Positions 18,594 through 27,912 of a DNA stretch of 64,000 nt are shown piece by piece. The stretch comes from Prevotella sp. GTDB taxonomy: Bacteria > Bacteroidota > Bacteroidia > Bacteroidales > Bacteroidaceae. Under the pieces are notes generated by a model. That model saw only the letters and a list, made by a program, of their open reading frames with translations. It did no database searches and had not been told where the DNA came from. The translations under genes and the position numbers were made by a program. Where the stretch lies: contig JAZLCN010000054.1 of NCBI GenBank assembly GCA_045614255.1, positions 34,531 to 98,530 on the forward strand, in the 5' to 3' direction. Numbering within the stretch: the first letter of the stretch is position 1; the number at the start of each line of letters is the position of its first letter.

Positions 18594-21098
18594 TTAAAGA
18601 ATATTAGCAATTGTAGCAATCATCGTTGCAATAGATGCTGTACCTGTACCAATAGTCATGATTTCGGCTGGTGTCATCTTGCTTGCCTTTGGTTTGCTTG
18701 GCACGATGATTTCGCATCCAGGCTCTGGCTTTGTCTTATAGCCGGCTCTTGCTACCGTACCATTCATATAAATAATGTATGTGCGGCTCTTCTTGGCGCG
18801 GTTGCCCCAACCACCAGCCTGGTCTACATAATATCCAATGCCTTTGCCTTCACGATAGGCTACTGTATTTGGATACATCACGTCTCCGCTTATCTTTACT
18901 GTGTTTGAGAACTCTGGTATGATGATGCGGTCACCCTCGCGTAGTACGATGTCGTCATCACTTCCTGGCTTAGCCATTGCCTTGTCAAGGTTTATACCCA
19001 CATAATATGTATAGCCCAAATCAAGCTTCTTGATATTTACAGAGTCTTTTTCGCCGCTTTGCATCTGTGCCATCTTCATTACGCTTTCCATTCTCAGGCG
19101 CTCCTCTGGTGTTATTCTTCTTTCGAGTCGCGCTCCTTTCGCATAAGCCGTAGGCATCAGTCCGCCTGCCTGTGTGATAATCTCACTCAGACGCTGGTTC
19201 TTTTTTGATAGGGTATAGGTGCCACCAAACATAATCTCACCCTCAATAGTTACGTTCTGCTGCTCTGAATAGCCAGGACTCTTGCGCACATATACCTCAT
19301 CATAAGGTTTCAATACAAAACCAATCTGACCATCAATAACAAAACCATCTTTTATCTTAAATGTAAATGTTTGTGCAATCGTGTCTGTCGCGTTGGTAGC
19401 ATAAGGGTTTACTATTCTTCTTGCCACATCCACCTTCATTACAGAAGCTGCATCTTTCAATCCGCCAGCCTGGAGGATGAAGTCCTCTATTGATTCGTTG
19501 TCGGCAAACTGATAGACACCAGGATACATAACCTCGCCATGTATGGTAAGTGTCTGCTCGGCCAAAAGTTCCTTCTTGCTTGGTATATATAGCACGTCCT
19601 CGTTGCGCAGTGGAATGTCTGCCACAGTGCCGTTGAGAATTCCCGCCACGTCTACAGCCAGCACCTCAAGTGTGCGGTCTGATTTCATTCTGTGCATAAC
19701 GCCACGGGCAGTGAAAGCCTGTTCTGTTACGCCTTCGGCTGTCTCAATAAGAGAGCGTACAGAGTTGATGCTGCCGCCCACCTGATACATTCCAGGACGG
19801 AATACAGCACCCTTGATTTCTACCATGTTTGAGTAGCGTGGAATTATAGAGTCTACGCTCAATGAGTCTTCATCGCAGAGGCGGAAACCATTCATCTCAA
19901 ACTCTCCTACGTTATAAACAGAATACTGAGTGCCAGCCTTGCGTACCAGTCTTATTGTCTTTCTGTAAGCATCGCCCGTAAAACCTCCGGCATATTGAAG
20001 CAATGTGGCAACACTTTCTTCTTTCTTCATCTCATAGAACATCGGACGCTTAACTTTTCCTGTTATGTTAACAAGACAATCGTAAGGACCAACCACGATA
20101 ACGTCGTTGTCGGTAAGCTTAACATTTCCAGTTAGTTTGCCATTTAATATATAATCGTAGATGTCGACTGTGGTAACCAGTTTGTTGTTGCGATAAACCT
20201 TAATATCACGGAGTGTACCTATATCGTTTATTCCGCCTGCCATATATAATGCGTGGAATACAGATGAGAATGCAGACAAAGTGTATGTGCCTGGCGTAAC
20301 AACCTCACCCATAACGTTTACCATGATAGTCTTTGTTTGCCCTACGGTCAAGCGAATGTTGGAACTCTCATAGCGTGCTCCCAATTCTCTGCGCAATTTC
20401 CTGTTTGCCTCTTCCACAGTCATTCCTGCCACATGAACAGGTCCAAAACCTTCAATTACTATATTGCCGTCTGGTGTCACAGTACCTTCAATGTTGTTGC
20501 TTGAAGCTCCCCAAATATCAATAAACACAGCGTCGCCCGCTCCAAGACGATAGTCGCTTGGTGTAGCTATATTCATGTTTGGTTCGAAGGTCAGTTCTTC
20601 GTTGTTGAAGATATCGCGGCCGAAGACTTTTTTATTCTTGTCAGCCTTTTCTTTTTCAAGCAATCGCTCAAGCATAGCTGTTGAGTCTGGCATAAATGAG
20701 TTCAACTCATCCTGCATCTCCAAAAAGTCTTCATCTTTTTCGTTATACGTATTTGTTGGTATGCGGTTTCCGTCTTTCTGACGATATTGCGACACACTTC
20801 CCAGACCAGCTTTCTTGCCGTTGTTTTTGCGCAGTCTATCTTTGCCAGTATTGGTAATGTCTTTTGTGCCTAAGCCACCGTCGCTCATCTGACGCTCATA
20901 TTTCTGTTTTACTTTTTTCAACTGCTCAATGGTCACACCACGCTTCATCAGTTGTGTGACAATCTGCTGCTGAGATGTACCTTTTTCTTGCTCTTCCATA
21001 ACAAATGCAATGATTTGCTGGTCTGTCATAGAAGACTGTGCCATAACTGCGCCTGCAGTCATAATCATCATTAAAACTGTAAGGATATACTTTTTCAT
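18594..21098 (-). CDS. wza: Polysaccharide export protein with multiple SLBB domains (Wza/KpsD-like)
   Basis: FEPNMNIATPSDYRLGAGD, repeated GEV..PG / GAV..PG SLBB motifs, C-terminal PGCEIIVP. Confidence 0.9.
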   Translation of the reverse strand: MKKYILTVLMMIMTAGAVMAQSSMTDQQIIAFVMEEQEKGTSQQQIVTQLMKRGVTIEQLKKVKQKYERQMSDGGLGTKDITNTGKDRLRKNNGKKAGLGSVSQYRQKDGNRIPTNTYNEKDEDFLEMQDELNSFMPDSTAMLERLLEKEKADKNKKVFGRDIFNNEELTFEPNMNIATPSDYRLGAGDAVFIDIWGASSNNIEGTVTPDGNIVIEGFGPVHVAGMTVEEANRKLRRELGARYESSNIRLTVGQTKTIMVNVMGEVVTPGTYTLSAFSSVFHALYMAGGINDIGTLRDIKVYRNNKLVTTVDIYDYILNGKLTGNVKLTDNDVIVVGPYDCLVNITGKVKRPMFYEMKKEESVATLLQYAGGFTGDAYRKTIRLVRKAGTQYSVYNVGEFEMNGFRLCDEDSLSVDSIIPRYSNMVEIKGAVFRPGMYQVGGSINSVRSLIETAEGVTEQAFTARGVMHRMKSDRTLEVLAVDVAGILNGTVADIPLRNEDVLYIPSKKELLAEQTLTIHGEVMYPGVYQFADNESIEDFILQAGGLKDAASVMKVDVARRIVNPYATNATDTIAQTFTFKIKDGFVIDGQIGFVLKPYDEVYVRKSPGYSEQQNVTIEGEIMFGGTYTLSKKNQRLSEIITQAGGLMPTAYAKGARLERRITPEERLRMESVMKMAQMQSGEKDSVNIKKLDLGYTYYVGINLDKAMAKPGSDDDIVLREGDRIIIPEFSNTVKISGDVMYPNTVAYREGKGIGYYVDQAGGWGNRAKKSRTYIIYMNGTVARAGYKTKPEPGCEIIVPSKPKASKMTPAEIMTIGTGTASIATMIATIANIL

Positions 21099-21153
21099 AT
21101 ATTTATAATGTACGTGTACTAATATAATTAACTAAATTATCTCAAAATTATTG

Positions 21154-21161
21154 CAAAGATA
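21154..21161 (-). promoter_or_regulatory. -7 promoter element TATCTTTG for the wza operon
   Basis: Reverse complement of CAAAGATA, about 55 nt upstream of the wza ATG. Confidence 0.6.
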
Positions 21162-21305
21162 CTTATTTTATATCAGTTTTACGGCATTCTTGTTGAGAAT
21201 TTAGTATTGTGGGCATATTATCGGTTTAAATTTTAAAAGATGTCTTTATATTTCAGTGTTGAGAGGTAGCTTGTAAATCATAAGATATCGAAAAACTTAT
21301 TCATA

Positions 21306-21345
21306 AAAAGAGCGAGATTACATTATCATGCAACCTCGCTCTTTT
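21306..21345. terminator. Intrinsic terminator downstream of the desulfidase-like gene
   Basis: AAAAGAGCGAG...CTCGCTCTTTT 11-bp stem. Confidence 0.75.
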
Positions 21346-21360
21346 ATATTTTTCAACTGT

Positions 21361-22650
21361 TTAGCAGTTTTTATGTGTCATAATATCGAGCACCATCTCA
21401 TCTGTCTGCCTCATGGCATCGGCGCCGATAGATGTCAGGTTATGGATGCTGCGGTCTACATCATCATCAATAATGCCCTCTGCGCTTGTAACGCATTTGC
21501 CTTCCATTGCAAGCAGTGAAGACAGAATGGCTGTTGATACGCCAGAGGCAATTTTCAGTGAGCAACTTGGCTTAGCACCATCGCAAATCATGCCAGTCAG
21601 GTTGGCAATCATGTTCTTTACCGAACGGCAGATGCGCTGATAGTCGCCACCCATGAGATATGTTATGCCGCAACTGCTGCCGATAGATGCTACAACACAT
21701 CCGCACAGCGCAGACAATTTACCCAGACTCTGCTTGATATAGATGGCAGTAAGGTGACTGAGCGTTAGGGCGCGTATCAGTTCCTCTTCAGTATTCTCGT
21801 TTTCAATGGCATAAACAGCCACGGGATTGGTGGCACAGATGCCCTGGTTGCCACTTCCTGAATTGCTCATCACAGGAATCATGGCGCCTCCCATACGTGC
21901 GTCACAGGCAGATGCAGTCTTAGCAATTATATGTGAGAAAATAGAGTTGCCAAAGATTCCCTTGCTCATCGGACGGTCAATGGTTTTACCAAGGTTGTGT
22001 CCGTAGTTGCCCTTGATGGCAGCCTCTGCAGCCCCCATGTTGTAGGTCATGGTTTCTTTCATAAAGGCAATCTCATCGAGTGGGGCAGTGGTGGCAAAGT
22101 CATGTACCATCTGCATGTTGAGCATGATGTCATCATCAGCAGCAGTGCTTGTGCTTTGTGCTTTCTTGTCAAGGATTACCTCATCGTTATGCTCTACATA
22201 AACAAAGTTTGTGTGACTCCCTGATATAATGGCCTTGGCTGACATGCCTTCGCTTACACACGATACCTCTATATATAGTTTCTCGCTGATGTTCTCTTTC
22301 AGGCGAATGTCAATATGCTTGCCCTCAATATACTTTTTACCCAGTTCCAATGTCTCAGGCGTTAAGTCTTTCAGTACTTCCAACTGATATTCCGATTTGC
22401 CTATAAGAGCTCCCAATGAAATTGCTATAGGGAGTCCTATCAGACCTGTGCCTGGTATGCCAACGCCCATGGCATTCTTTAGCACATTGGCACTCAGCAG
22501 TACGTTAATCTTTTCAGGTGTCTTGCCCAGCAACTCTGCTGCCTTCGCTGTGCACAATGCAACAGCCATAGGTTCTGTGCATCCCATTGCTGGTACCACC
22601 TCTTTATGTATCAGAGCTATGATTCTCTCTCTTGTTTCTTTGGCTATCAT
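21361..22650 (-). CDS. Serine dehydratase alpha-like / L-cysteine desulfidase (UPF0597, YhaM/CyuA-like)
   Basis: PAMGCTEP, KNAMGVGIPG, MSNSGSGNQG, LCGC, GMICDGAKPSC. Confidence 0.85.
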   Translation of the reverse strand: MIAKETRERIIALIHKEVVPAMGCTEPMAVALCTAKAAELLGKTPEKINVLLSANVLKNAMGVGIPGTGLIGLPIAISLGALIGKSEYQLEVLKDLTPETLELGKKYIEGKHIDIRLKENISEKLYIEVSCVSEGMSAKAIISGSHTNFVYVEHNDEVILDKKAQSTSTAADDDIMLNMQMVHDFATTAPLDEIAFMKETMTYNMGAAEAAIKGNYGHNLGKTIDRPMSKGIFGNSIFSHIIAKTASACDARMGGAMIPVMSNSGSGNQGICATNPVAVYAIENENTEEELIRALTLSHLTAIYIKQSLGKLSALCGCVVASIGSSCGITYLMGGDYQRICRSVKNMIANLTGMICDGAKPSCSLKIASGVSTAILSSLLAMEGKCVTSAEGIIDDDVDRSIHNLTSIGADAMRQTDEMVLDIMTHKNC

Positions 22651-22682
22651 GGCATTTGTGATGCTTAATTATTAATGCTCAA

Positions 22683-24728
22683 TTATTTCTTGAAGTTCTT
22701 CAGACCGAGTTTCAAGAAATCTACGTATGCCTCAATATCCTCGTCGTATGAGCGGCTGCCAGCAAGTGGTTTGCCTTCATTGTCGAGCAATACATAGAAT
22801 GGCTGAGTGTTAGCTCCCACCTTCACACGCTGCAGATAGCTCCACTTGTCGCCTACGGTGCGCAGTGTGCGCTGCTGACCGTTCTCTGTTACCTGTATAG
22901 GCTCGTCGAGTGGAGTCTTGTCGTCAACAAACAATGAGATAAGCACATATTCCTTGTTCAGAATCTCTGCTACAGTTGGGTCGGTCCATACGGCAGCCTC
23001 CATCTTACGGCAGTTTACGCAACCAAATCCAGTGAAGTCAACCATCACAGGCTTGCCTTTGCGTATAGCCTCCTTCATTCCCTCCTCATAGTCAGTAAAC
23101 TCTGCTTCTACGGCAACCTTCTGAAGGTTGAAGTCCTGTGTGTTCATTGGTGGTGCAAATGCACTGATAGCCTTCAATGGAGCACCCCATAAACCAGGTA
23201 TCATATAAATGGTAAATGCCAGTGAAATCATTCCGAGGAAGAACTGTGGCACATTAGTGCGGTGCTCAGGATCATCGTGTGGGAACTTGAGCCATCCCAG
23301 CAGATATATGCCCATCAGTCCGAAGATTACAATCCATAATGAGATGAATACCTCACGGTCGAGGATGCCCCATCCGTAAGCGAGGTCGGCTACAGAGAGG
23401 AACTTCAGTGCGAAAGCCAACTCGATAAAGCCGAGCACAACCTTAACCACATTCATCCAACCGCCTGACTTAGGTGCAGACTTAAGCAGACTTGGGAACA
23501 TGGCAAACAGTGTGAATGGTATTGCCAATGCCACAGCAAAGCCAAGCATACCGATTGTTGGCGCAACAATGCTTCCTGATGTTGACATTGTAACAAGCAG
23601 CAGACCGATGATAGGACCTGTGCAAGAGAATGAAACCAATGCTAGTGTAAAGGCCATGAGGAAGATGCTGAGCAATCCGGTTGTTGCCTCAGACTTTTGG
23701 TCAATCTTATTGCTCCATGATGAAGGCAAGGTTATTTCAAATGCACCGAAGAACGATGCTGCAAACACTACAAGGAGCAGACAGAAGAAAATGTTAAACA
23801 CGGCATTTGTTGACAGGGCATTCAATGCGCTTGCGCCAAACAGCAGTGTAACAAGCACACCGAGCGTAACATATATCACAACAATAGAAATACCGTATGT
23901 TACGGCCTCGTTGATAGCCTTGCGCTTGTCCTTGTTGCGCTTCAGGAAGAAGCTCACAGTCATAGGAATGATTGGCCATACGCATGGGGTGAGCAGTGCG
24001 AGGAAACCGCCAATAAGTCCGGCAAGGAAGATGTATGCCAATGAATAATCTACAGGACTTTCCTCAAAAGCCTTCAACTCGTCGATTACAGGAGACCAAA
24101 GATCGTTAGAGGCTTTGGGAGTTTGAGACTCTGAAGTCTCTGCAGGCAGTGGCTCTGTCTTGGTTGTGTCTGTTTTTACAGTCTCAGCCTCTTTTTCCTC
24201 AGCTTTTGCCTCTTCTGCTTTCTTTTCCTCGGCCTTTACCTCTTTAGCAGCAGGCTTAGCAGTCTCTGCTACAGCAGGCGATACACCAGCTTTTACGAGT
24301 GACGCTTGTGAAGGTGGCATGCACATCTCATCGTTGCATGCTCCATACTCAAGATAGCAGTCTATGTCGTAGTTGGGCTTTGTGAACTTAATTTTCTGTA
24401 CGAACTTACCGCTGCCCTCAAAGTAGCGCAGGTTCATTCCGAACATATTATCAAACTTCTCAACCTCTTTGCCTACAGGCTTCAGTTTGCCAACTAATTC
24501 CGCACCATCCATCTTGTTTACAATCAGTGCTGCAGATGTTGGACCGTCATTGCCCAAGTCTGTTGAATACAAATGCCATCCGGCATCAATTGTTGCAGAG
24601 AATATTATCTCTGCCTCTGCGCCTTTTAGCATCTTTAGCTCAGAGCTGATTTTTACTGGATCCATCATCTGTGCCATGGCAAAGATGGTAGAGCACAACA
24701 TAAGAATTGATAATAAGATTTTTTTCAT
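22683..24728 (-). CDS. dsbD: Protein-disulfide reductase DsbD family (N-domain, CcdA-like TM domain, thioredoxin domain)
   Basis: GACNDEMCMPP, LTPCVWP, FSCTGP, GGWMN, FTGFGCVNCRKME. Confidence 0.88.
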   Translation of the reverse strand: MKKILLSILMLCSTIFAMAQMMDPVKISSELKMLKGAEAEIIFSATIDAGWHLYSTDLGNDGPTSAALIVNKMDGAELVGKLKPVGKEVEKFDNMFGMNLRYFEGSGKFVQKIKFTKPNYDIDCYLEYGACNDEMCMPPSQASLVKAGVSPAVAETAKPAAKEVKAEEKKAEEAKAEEKEAETVKTDTTKTEPLPAETSESQTPKASNDLWSPVIDELKAFEESPVDYSLAYIFLAGLIGGFLALLTPCVWPIIPMTVSFFLKRNKDKRKAINEAVTYGISIVVIYVTLGVLVTLLFGASALNALSTNAVFNIFFCLLLVVFAASFFGAFEITLPSSWSNKIDQKSEATTGLLSIFLMAFTLALVSFSCTGPIIGLLLVTMSTSGSIVAPTIGMLGFAVALAIPFTLFAMFPSLLKSAPKSGGWMNVVKVVLGFIELAFALKFLSVADLAYGWGILDREVFISLWIVIFGLMGIYLLGWLKFPHDDPEHRTNVPQFFLGMISLAFTIYMIPGLWGAPLKAISAFAPPMNTQDFNLQKVAVEAEFTDYEEGMKEAIRKGKPVMVDFTGFGCVNCRKMEAAVWTDPTVAEILNKEYVLISLFVDDKTPLDEPIQVTENGQQRTLRTVGDKWSYLQRVKVGANTQPFYVLLDNEGKPLAGSRSYDEDIEAYVDFLKLGLKNFKK

Positions 24729-24943
24729 TATGTTATCATTTTTGTTTTTCAGGTTGCAAAATTACAAAAAAACTGGGATATAGGCGAATAAAGATTACTT
24801 TATTTAACTTATTGACTATAAAGAACTATAATTTAAGCGAAGAATAAACATGTAAAATTTATTCATTGCGATATTTTGCTATATTTGTCAATAGATTTTA
24901 CCTCTTCTGACTGATGATATTTGAGTCAGTTTGATTTTTTAAA

Positions 24944-25032
24944 AAAGAATTATTCGGATTATACGAATGGTTATATCTCTTGTGTTAAAACAATAACACT
25001 GATATTTCTTCGTATAATCCGAATAATCCTTT
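24944..25032. repeat. Long palindromic element, 9-bp-period family (copy 1)
   Basis: Perfect 19-bp inverted repeat ATTATTCGGATTATACGAA (24949-24967) / TTCGTATAATCCGAATAAT (25009-25027), with inner ATATC/GATAT and GTGTT/AACAC stems. Confidence 0.8.
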
Positions 25033-25056
25033 GCTCAGAAAAAAGCAATAGTTGGG

Positions 25057-25692
25057 TTACTGCATCTTCTTAAGCAGTTCCTCGGCAGCCTTTTTCTTTG
25101 CTTCCTCTATCTTTTGCGCTGCTGCATCCTTTGCATCTTCTACTTTCTTTGCTGCTGCATCCTTTGCCTCTTCTACTTTCTTTGCAGCTGCTTCTTTTGC
25201 TTCTTCTACTTTGTCAGTCGCAGCTTCCTTAGCATCTTCTATCTTTTGCTCAACAGCCTCTTTTGCGTCTTCCACTTTTTCTTCTGCTGCTTCTTTTGCA
25301 TCCTCAACAGCCTCTTCAGCCTTTACTGGTACATTAACAAAAGAATCGATAAGTTTGCTTACTGCCTCGTCACCGCCAGTTGCTTCCTTAATCTTCTCTG
25401 CATTCTCCTCAACGAAGCTCTTTATCTGCTCCTGATATTGCTTAGCTGCCTCTGTGTCACCCTTGGCCACCATCTCTGCCAGTTTGTTAACTGCAGTTTG
25501 TACAGCTTCGCCAATAGCCTGACTGTCACCAGCTTCAATTTTTTCCTTCAGTTGGTCTACTACACCCTTAGCTGCTTCTAAGCTTGTGCTTACTTCAGTT
25601 TCGTCAGCAGGTGCCGCACTCTGACTCTTGTTTCCACAAGATGTAAGGCTCATGGCTGCTATTGCCATTGCCATAATGAAAAATTTCTTCAT
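25057..25692 (-). CDS. Lipoprotein with seven 11-aa LEA-like repeats
   Basis: MKKFFIMAMAIAAMSLTSC lipobox (ATG 25692); K(V/I)E(D/E)AK(E/D)AAxx repeats. Confidence 0.8.
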   Translation of the reverse strand: MKKFFIMAMAIAAMSLTSCGNKSQSAAPADETEVSTSLEAAKGVVDQLKEKIEAGDSQAIGEAVQTAVNKLAEMVAKGDTEAAKQYQEQIKSFVEENAEKIKEATGGDEAVSKLIDSFVNVPVKAEEAVEDAKEAAEEKVEDAKEAVEQKIEDAKEAATDKVEEAKEAAAKKVEEAKDAAAKKVEDAKDAAAQKIEEAKKKAAEELLKKMQ

Positions 25693-25737
25693 GTTGTTTT
25701 GTTTAATTGATTGATTATTTATATAAATATTTCTCTG

Positions 25738-25745
25738 CAAATATA
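25738..25745 (-). promoter_or_regulatory. -7 element TATATTTG
   Basis: Consensus match upstream of the lipoprotein gene. Confidence 0.55.
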
Positions 25746-25822
25746 TACGTTTTCTTTCTCTCTGCCAAACTTTTAAGTTATTTTCGTATTTTTATTATTG
25801 TATCTTAAGTTTCAGATGGTTA

Positions 25823-27097
25823 TTAAATCTTAGTTACAATAATATCTTTTAGGTTGGTTGTATATTGTTTGGATAAGTATTCGTTTTTCAGATGCCAGTT
25901 TTTGCTGTATCCTTGTACTGCCATTCTGATAGTATTGTGCCCGTTCTTGCGGTTTATCTCATCTATAGCCTTGGCCAGTGCTGCTTGTTTTTCTCTGTCT
26001 ACATTGTCGAACAAATTGCCTTGGATGGCATTGTCCTCACAAGTGTTCCATACAATAACGCCTGCTTTCTTATAATGATAAGCGCCTTCACGCCATGCCT
26101 CGCGGAGGGTTTTCACTGCGGTTGCCACTATTTCTTGCATGTCGTTGGTGGGAACGGTAAGATGTATGTTGCTGTAAATATAGTTTTGTGGCGCGTTTGT
26201 GCAAAAACGGCTTGTGTGGGCAAAAACCGTCATCGCTCCGCATACGATATGGTCTTGTCGGAGCTTGTGTGAGCATGTTGCCGCAAAATTAGCGATGGCC
26301 TCTTCCACATCTTCTAGTTTGCTGAGTCCTATGCCAGAAAAACTTCTGCTGGTGCATATAGATTTTTTATGTGGCAGTTCTTCTATTGACACGCAGCTTT
26401 CTCCGCGCAGTTCCTTCCATGTGCGAACCCCAGTCACGGTAAGTTCTTTTCTTATCCAACTTTCACTGCGTTGCGTCAGGTCCCATGCTGTGTGGATGCT
26501 GTGATATGCCAGTTTCTTTGCGTGTCTATGCCCAATGCCCCATACGTCCTCCACGGGAAACAGTCTGAGCGCCTTCTCTCGTTTCTCTTCAGAGTCAATC
26601 ATGCATACACCTTCATAGCCTTTATGCTTTTTGGCAAATTTTGATGCCATCTTTGCCAATGTCTTTGTGGGGGCGATGCCCAATGAAATAGGAATGCCAG
26701 TACCCTTGGTGATGTCTCTCACCATCTTCTTGCAATAGATGTTAAGCTGTTCAGAATCCCCCATGCCTGACAGGTCGAGAAAGGCCTCGTCAATGGAGTA
26801 GATGTCCAGTTGGGGTGTATATGTGGAGAGCAGCGACATAACCCTTCGGCTCATGTCGCCATAAAGATTGTAGTTTGATGAGAAAACCGCCACATTATTC
26901 TTGTCAAGCATATCCTTAACCTGATAGAACACGTCGCCCATCTTAATGCCCAAGGCCTTGCTTTCCTCGCTGCGCGCTATCACGCAACCGTCGTTGTTGC
27001 TTAGCACCACAACGGGTTTGTTTCGCAAGTCGGGGTGAAACACCCTCTCACACGAACAATAGAAATTATTGCAGTCTGCAAGACCAAACAGTTTCAT
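25823..27097 (-). CDS. umuC: Y-family DNA polymerase V catalytic subunit
   Basis: ADCNNFYCSCE, VVLSNNDGCVIARS, YSIDEAF, TKTLAK, C-terminal LSKQYTT (DUF4113-like). Confidence 0.93.
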   Translation of the reverse strand: MKLFGLADCNNFYCSCERVFHPDLRNKPVVVLSNNDGCVIARSEESKALGIKMGDVFYQVKDMLDKNNVAVFSSNYNLYGDMSRRVMSLLSTYTPQLDIYSIDEAFLDLSGMGDSEQLNIYCKKMVRDITKGTGIPISLGIAPTKTLAKMASKFAKKHKGYEGVCMIDSEEKREKALRLFPVEDVWGIGHRHAKKLAYHSIHTAWDLTQRSESWIRKELTVTGVRTWKELRGESCVSIEELPHKKSICTSRSFSGIGLSKLEDVEEAIANFAATCSHKLRQDHIVCGAMTVFAHTSRFCTNAPQNYIYSNIHLTVPTNDMQEIVATAVKTLREAWREGAYHYKKAGVIVWNTCEDNAIQGNLFDNVDREKQAALAKAIDEINRKNGHNTIRMAVQGYSKNWHLKNEYLSKQYTTNLKDIIVTKI

Positions 27098-27099
27098 GA

Positions 27100-27543
27100 T
27101 TACTTTCGCAGTTGTTTAATTGTATAGGTGAGCACTCCCCATATCATGAACTCATTGTCGGTTGTTACTTTTATCGGTTCAAAGTCTTTGTTGTGGGGTA
27201 TAAGCCAGGCGCAGTTGTTTGCCTCGTCAAGCTGAAACTCTTTCAGCGTAAACTCCCCGTCGATGAATGCTACCACGAAATCGCCGTTTTTGGCTTCGAG
27301 CGACTTGTCAATCACCACGATGTCTCCGTCGCAAATTCCAGCCTCCACAAGTGAAGACCCCGATACTCGCGCCAGAAAAGTTGTCTCCTTGCGGCGTATC
27401 AGTTCCTTATTCAGGTCAATACTGTCGGTCAGGTAGTCTTGCGCAGGACTGGGGAAGCCTGCTTTGATGCCACCGTCAACAAACGACAAGTCTATTATGG
27501 TAGACGTGTCGGCAGAATATATATGTAGTTTTATATCTTCCAT
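27100..27543 (-). CDS. umuD: UmuD/LexA-type S24 peptidase
   Basis: AGFPSPAQDY cleavage site, VSGSSL (Ser), FTLK (Lys), IWGV; ATG 27543. Confidence 0.92.
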   Translation of the reverse strand: MEDIKLHIYSADTSTIIDLSFVDGGIKAGFPSPAQDYLTDSIDLNKELIRRKETTFLARVSGSSLVEAGICDGDIVVIDKSLEAKNGDFVVAFIDGEFTLKEFQLDEANNCAWLIPHNKDFEPIKVTTDNEFMIWGVLTYTIKQLRK

Positions 27544-27552
27544 TTCTGGGTG

Positions 27553-27599
27553 CAAAAATACAAAAAAACTCTCTCTTAACCTAAATCGCTTATTAGATT
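27553..27599 (-). promoter_or_regulatory. umuDC promoter (-7 TATTTTTG) with an overlapping imperfect palindrome AACCTAAATCGCTTATTAGATT
   Basis: -7 element at 27553-27560; palindrome at 27578-27599 (14/22 positions self-complementary). Confidence 0.45.
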
Positions 27600-27709
27600 T
27601 TTGGTTGCTTGTTTCGTTATTTTTTGATAATATTTTTCATGTAATCCTAAGGAATATAACTGGTTTTATGACTGAAGATACATAAATAAATATTGCGAGT
27701 AGGGGAGTG

Positions 27710-27912
27710 TGCAGCAAAACAAGTTGAATTGGTCTGCGAAATGATAGATATTGCTTTGCGAAATGATAGGTTTTGAAGACCAATTCAAGTTGTTTTGCAG
27801 CAGTGACGATAGTGATGTTACGAAAAAGTTTATCACTTTTGGAAACAAACTGATAGTCAATGTATTAAGATTCAAAGTGACGATATCGCGAAAAAACTTA
27901 GAAAATAAAAAT
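27710..27912. repeat. AT-rich dispersed element with 25-bp inverted repeats and 22-bp internal periodicity
   Basis: Inverted repeat at 27710-27734 / 27778-27802 (2 mismatches); TGCGAAATGATAG at 27735 and 27757; shares TTGCTTT-N5-ATGATAGGTTTTG with 52779-52803. Confidence 0.65.

Noticed and set aside
21099-21360. Invertible promoter or ops/upxY control of the capsule operon
   Set aside because: No flanking inverted-repeat pair, recombinase or upxY seen; only a plain -7 element and the upstream gene's terminator.
24160-24270. Lys/Glu/Ala-rich repeat in DsbD
   Set aside because: An ordinary low-complexity interdomain linker.
25052-25581. Plus-strand ORFs rich in Ser/Phe/Ala or Cys/Phe/Leu
   Set aside because: Antisense read-outs of the 11-mer-repeat lipoprotein gene.
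25823-27543. umuDC as a marker of a prophage or ICE
   Set aside because: No integrase, relaxase, phage genes or att-like direct repeats nearby; the flanks are housekeeping genes.
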